A stretch of 64,000 bases of DNA from Gemmatimonadota bacterium (GTDB lineage: Bacteria; Gemmatimonadota; Gemmatimonadetes; Gemmatimonadales; GWC2-71-9), in the NCBI GenBank assembly GCA_041477065.1, contig JBGOUQ010000009.1:13979-77978 (forward strand), read 5' to 3'. The position numbers were made by a program, and so were the translations under genes. How positions within the stretch are numbered: position 1 is the first letter of the stretch; every line of letters starts with the position of its first letter. This document shows positions 63,549 through 64,000 of the stretch, in pieces. Under the pieces are notes generated by a model. The model ran no database searches, was not told the origin of the DNA, and saw only the letters and a program-made list of their open reading frames with translations.

Positions 63549-64000
63549 AGGATGCCGTCCACGTAGAAATCCAGCCGCCAGCCGCGCGGCGCACGCAGCG
63601 CCCGGGCCAGATCCACCCGCAGCAGGCCGTCGAGGAAGCTCGCGCCCAGGCCCGCGGACAGGAGCGCACGCCCTCGCGAGAATGACACCCCGGGGCCCGC
63701 CCAGCCGGCATCGGAGAAGAGCGCGAGCCGCGCGCCCGGAAACGCGTTGGCGACCTCGACCCGGCCCCGCCAGAACGTCGCACCCGCGGCGGCGAGGCCA
63801 TCGTAGCCGCGCAGCGTCGCGGGACCCCCCAGGTAGAAGCGGCTCTGCGCCGGCACCGGGCCGCTCGACGTGCCGGCAGCGGCCTCCACGGCGCCTAACA
63901 AGTGTCCCGGCAGCGGACCCGCGGCCCGCAGCGTCAGCGCGATCCGCGCGAACGCGACCGTCCCCACCGCGGCGTCCATGCCGAGGTCGGCCCCGACCCT
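63545..64000 (-). CDS. Omp85/BamA-TamA-family outer-membrane protein, C-terminal barrel part (continues beyond window end)
   Basis: FYLGGPATLRGYD...LALFSDAGWAG...LSAGLGASF...RVDLA matches terminal Omp85 barrel strands. The frame is open to position 64000. Confidence 0.75.
   Translation of the reverse strand, partial: RVGADLGMDAAVGTVAFARIALTLRAAGPLPGHLLGAVEAAAGTSSGPVPAQSRFYLGGPATLRGYDGLAAAGATFWRGRVEVANAFPGARLALFSDAGWAGPGVSFSRGRALLSAGLGASFLDGLLRVDLARALRAPRGWRLDFYVDGIL

Overview
This is a 64-kb window from a very GC-rich bacterial chromosome. GC was judged by eye, not computed. The protein repertoire suggests a Gemmatimonadota- or Acidobacteriota-like soil bacterium, but that is inference only. 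I support about 70 protein-coding genes or gene remnants and 7 tRNA genes, all on the minus strand: Thr-CGU, Leu-GAG, Lys-CUU, Glu-UUC, Glu-CUC, Trp-CCA and His-GUG. I saw no rRNA, CRISPR array, transposase or integrase.

Main blocks:
- 1-7.5 kb: an ECF sigma/anti-sigma pair, a decayed beta-lactamase-like gene, a TIGR03545/03546-like pair, a sigma-54-driven Arg-rich miniprotein, an amidase with a Tat-signal partner, and a class V aminotransferase.
- 7.5-10.1 kb: a 13-nt-phased repeat structure and a PilT-like ATPase with a duplicated N-domain.
- 10.3-22.6 kb: an 11-gene, single-strand Cu/Ag-type resistance supercluster (CopA, DUF411, CusCBA-like) with unusual extra members.
- 22.8-29 kb: gene remnants, a YciI-sigma-RibD_C trio, and ChrB-domain genes without chrA.
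- 29-39 kb: two DUF5916/CBM9-like paralogs flanking two tandem degenerate kinase-receiver paralogs, plus a fucosidase and a PP2C phosphatase.
- 41-46 kb: an envelope-lipid module of PAP2, a YdjC-GT2 fusion, an alpha/beta-hydrolase with Ser to Ala, MlaE and an LPG-synthase-TM-like protein.
- 46-48 kb: small metalloprotein genes with long G/C homopolymers that coincide with broken genes.
- 49-64 kb: signalling genes, tRNA-embedded operons, and envelope or secreted proteins including a collagen-like lipoprotein.

No single textbook novel system stands out. The most checkable oddities are the non-canonical members of the metal island, ORFs that start at tRNA 3' ends, the C17 tract that splits a signal peptide from its beta-propeller, the sigma-54/DRR-repeat miniprotein, and the segmented hairpin array.

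All homology statements come from memory of family motifs. No searches or computations were run, and start codons are hand-picked.
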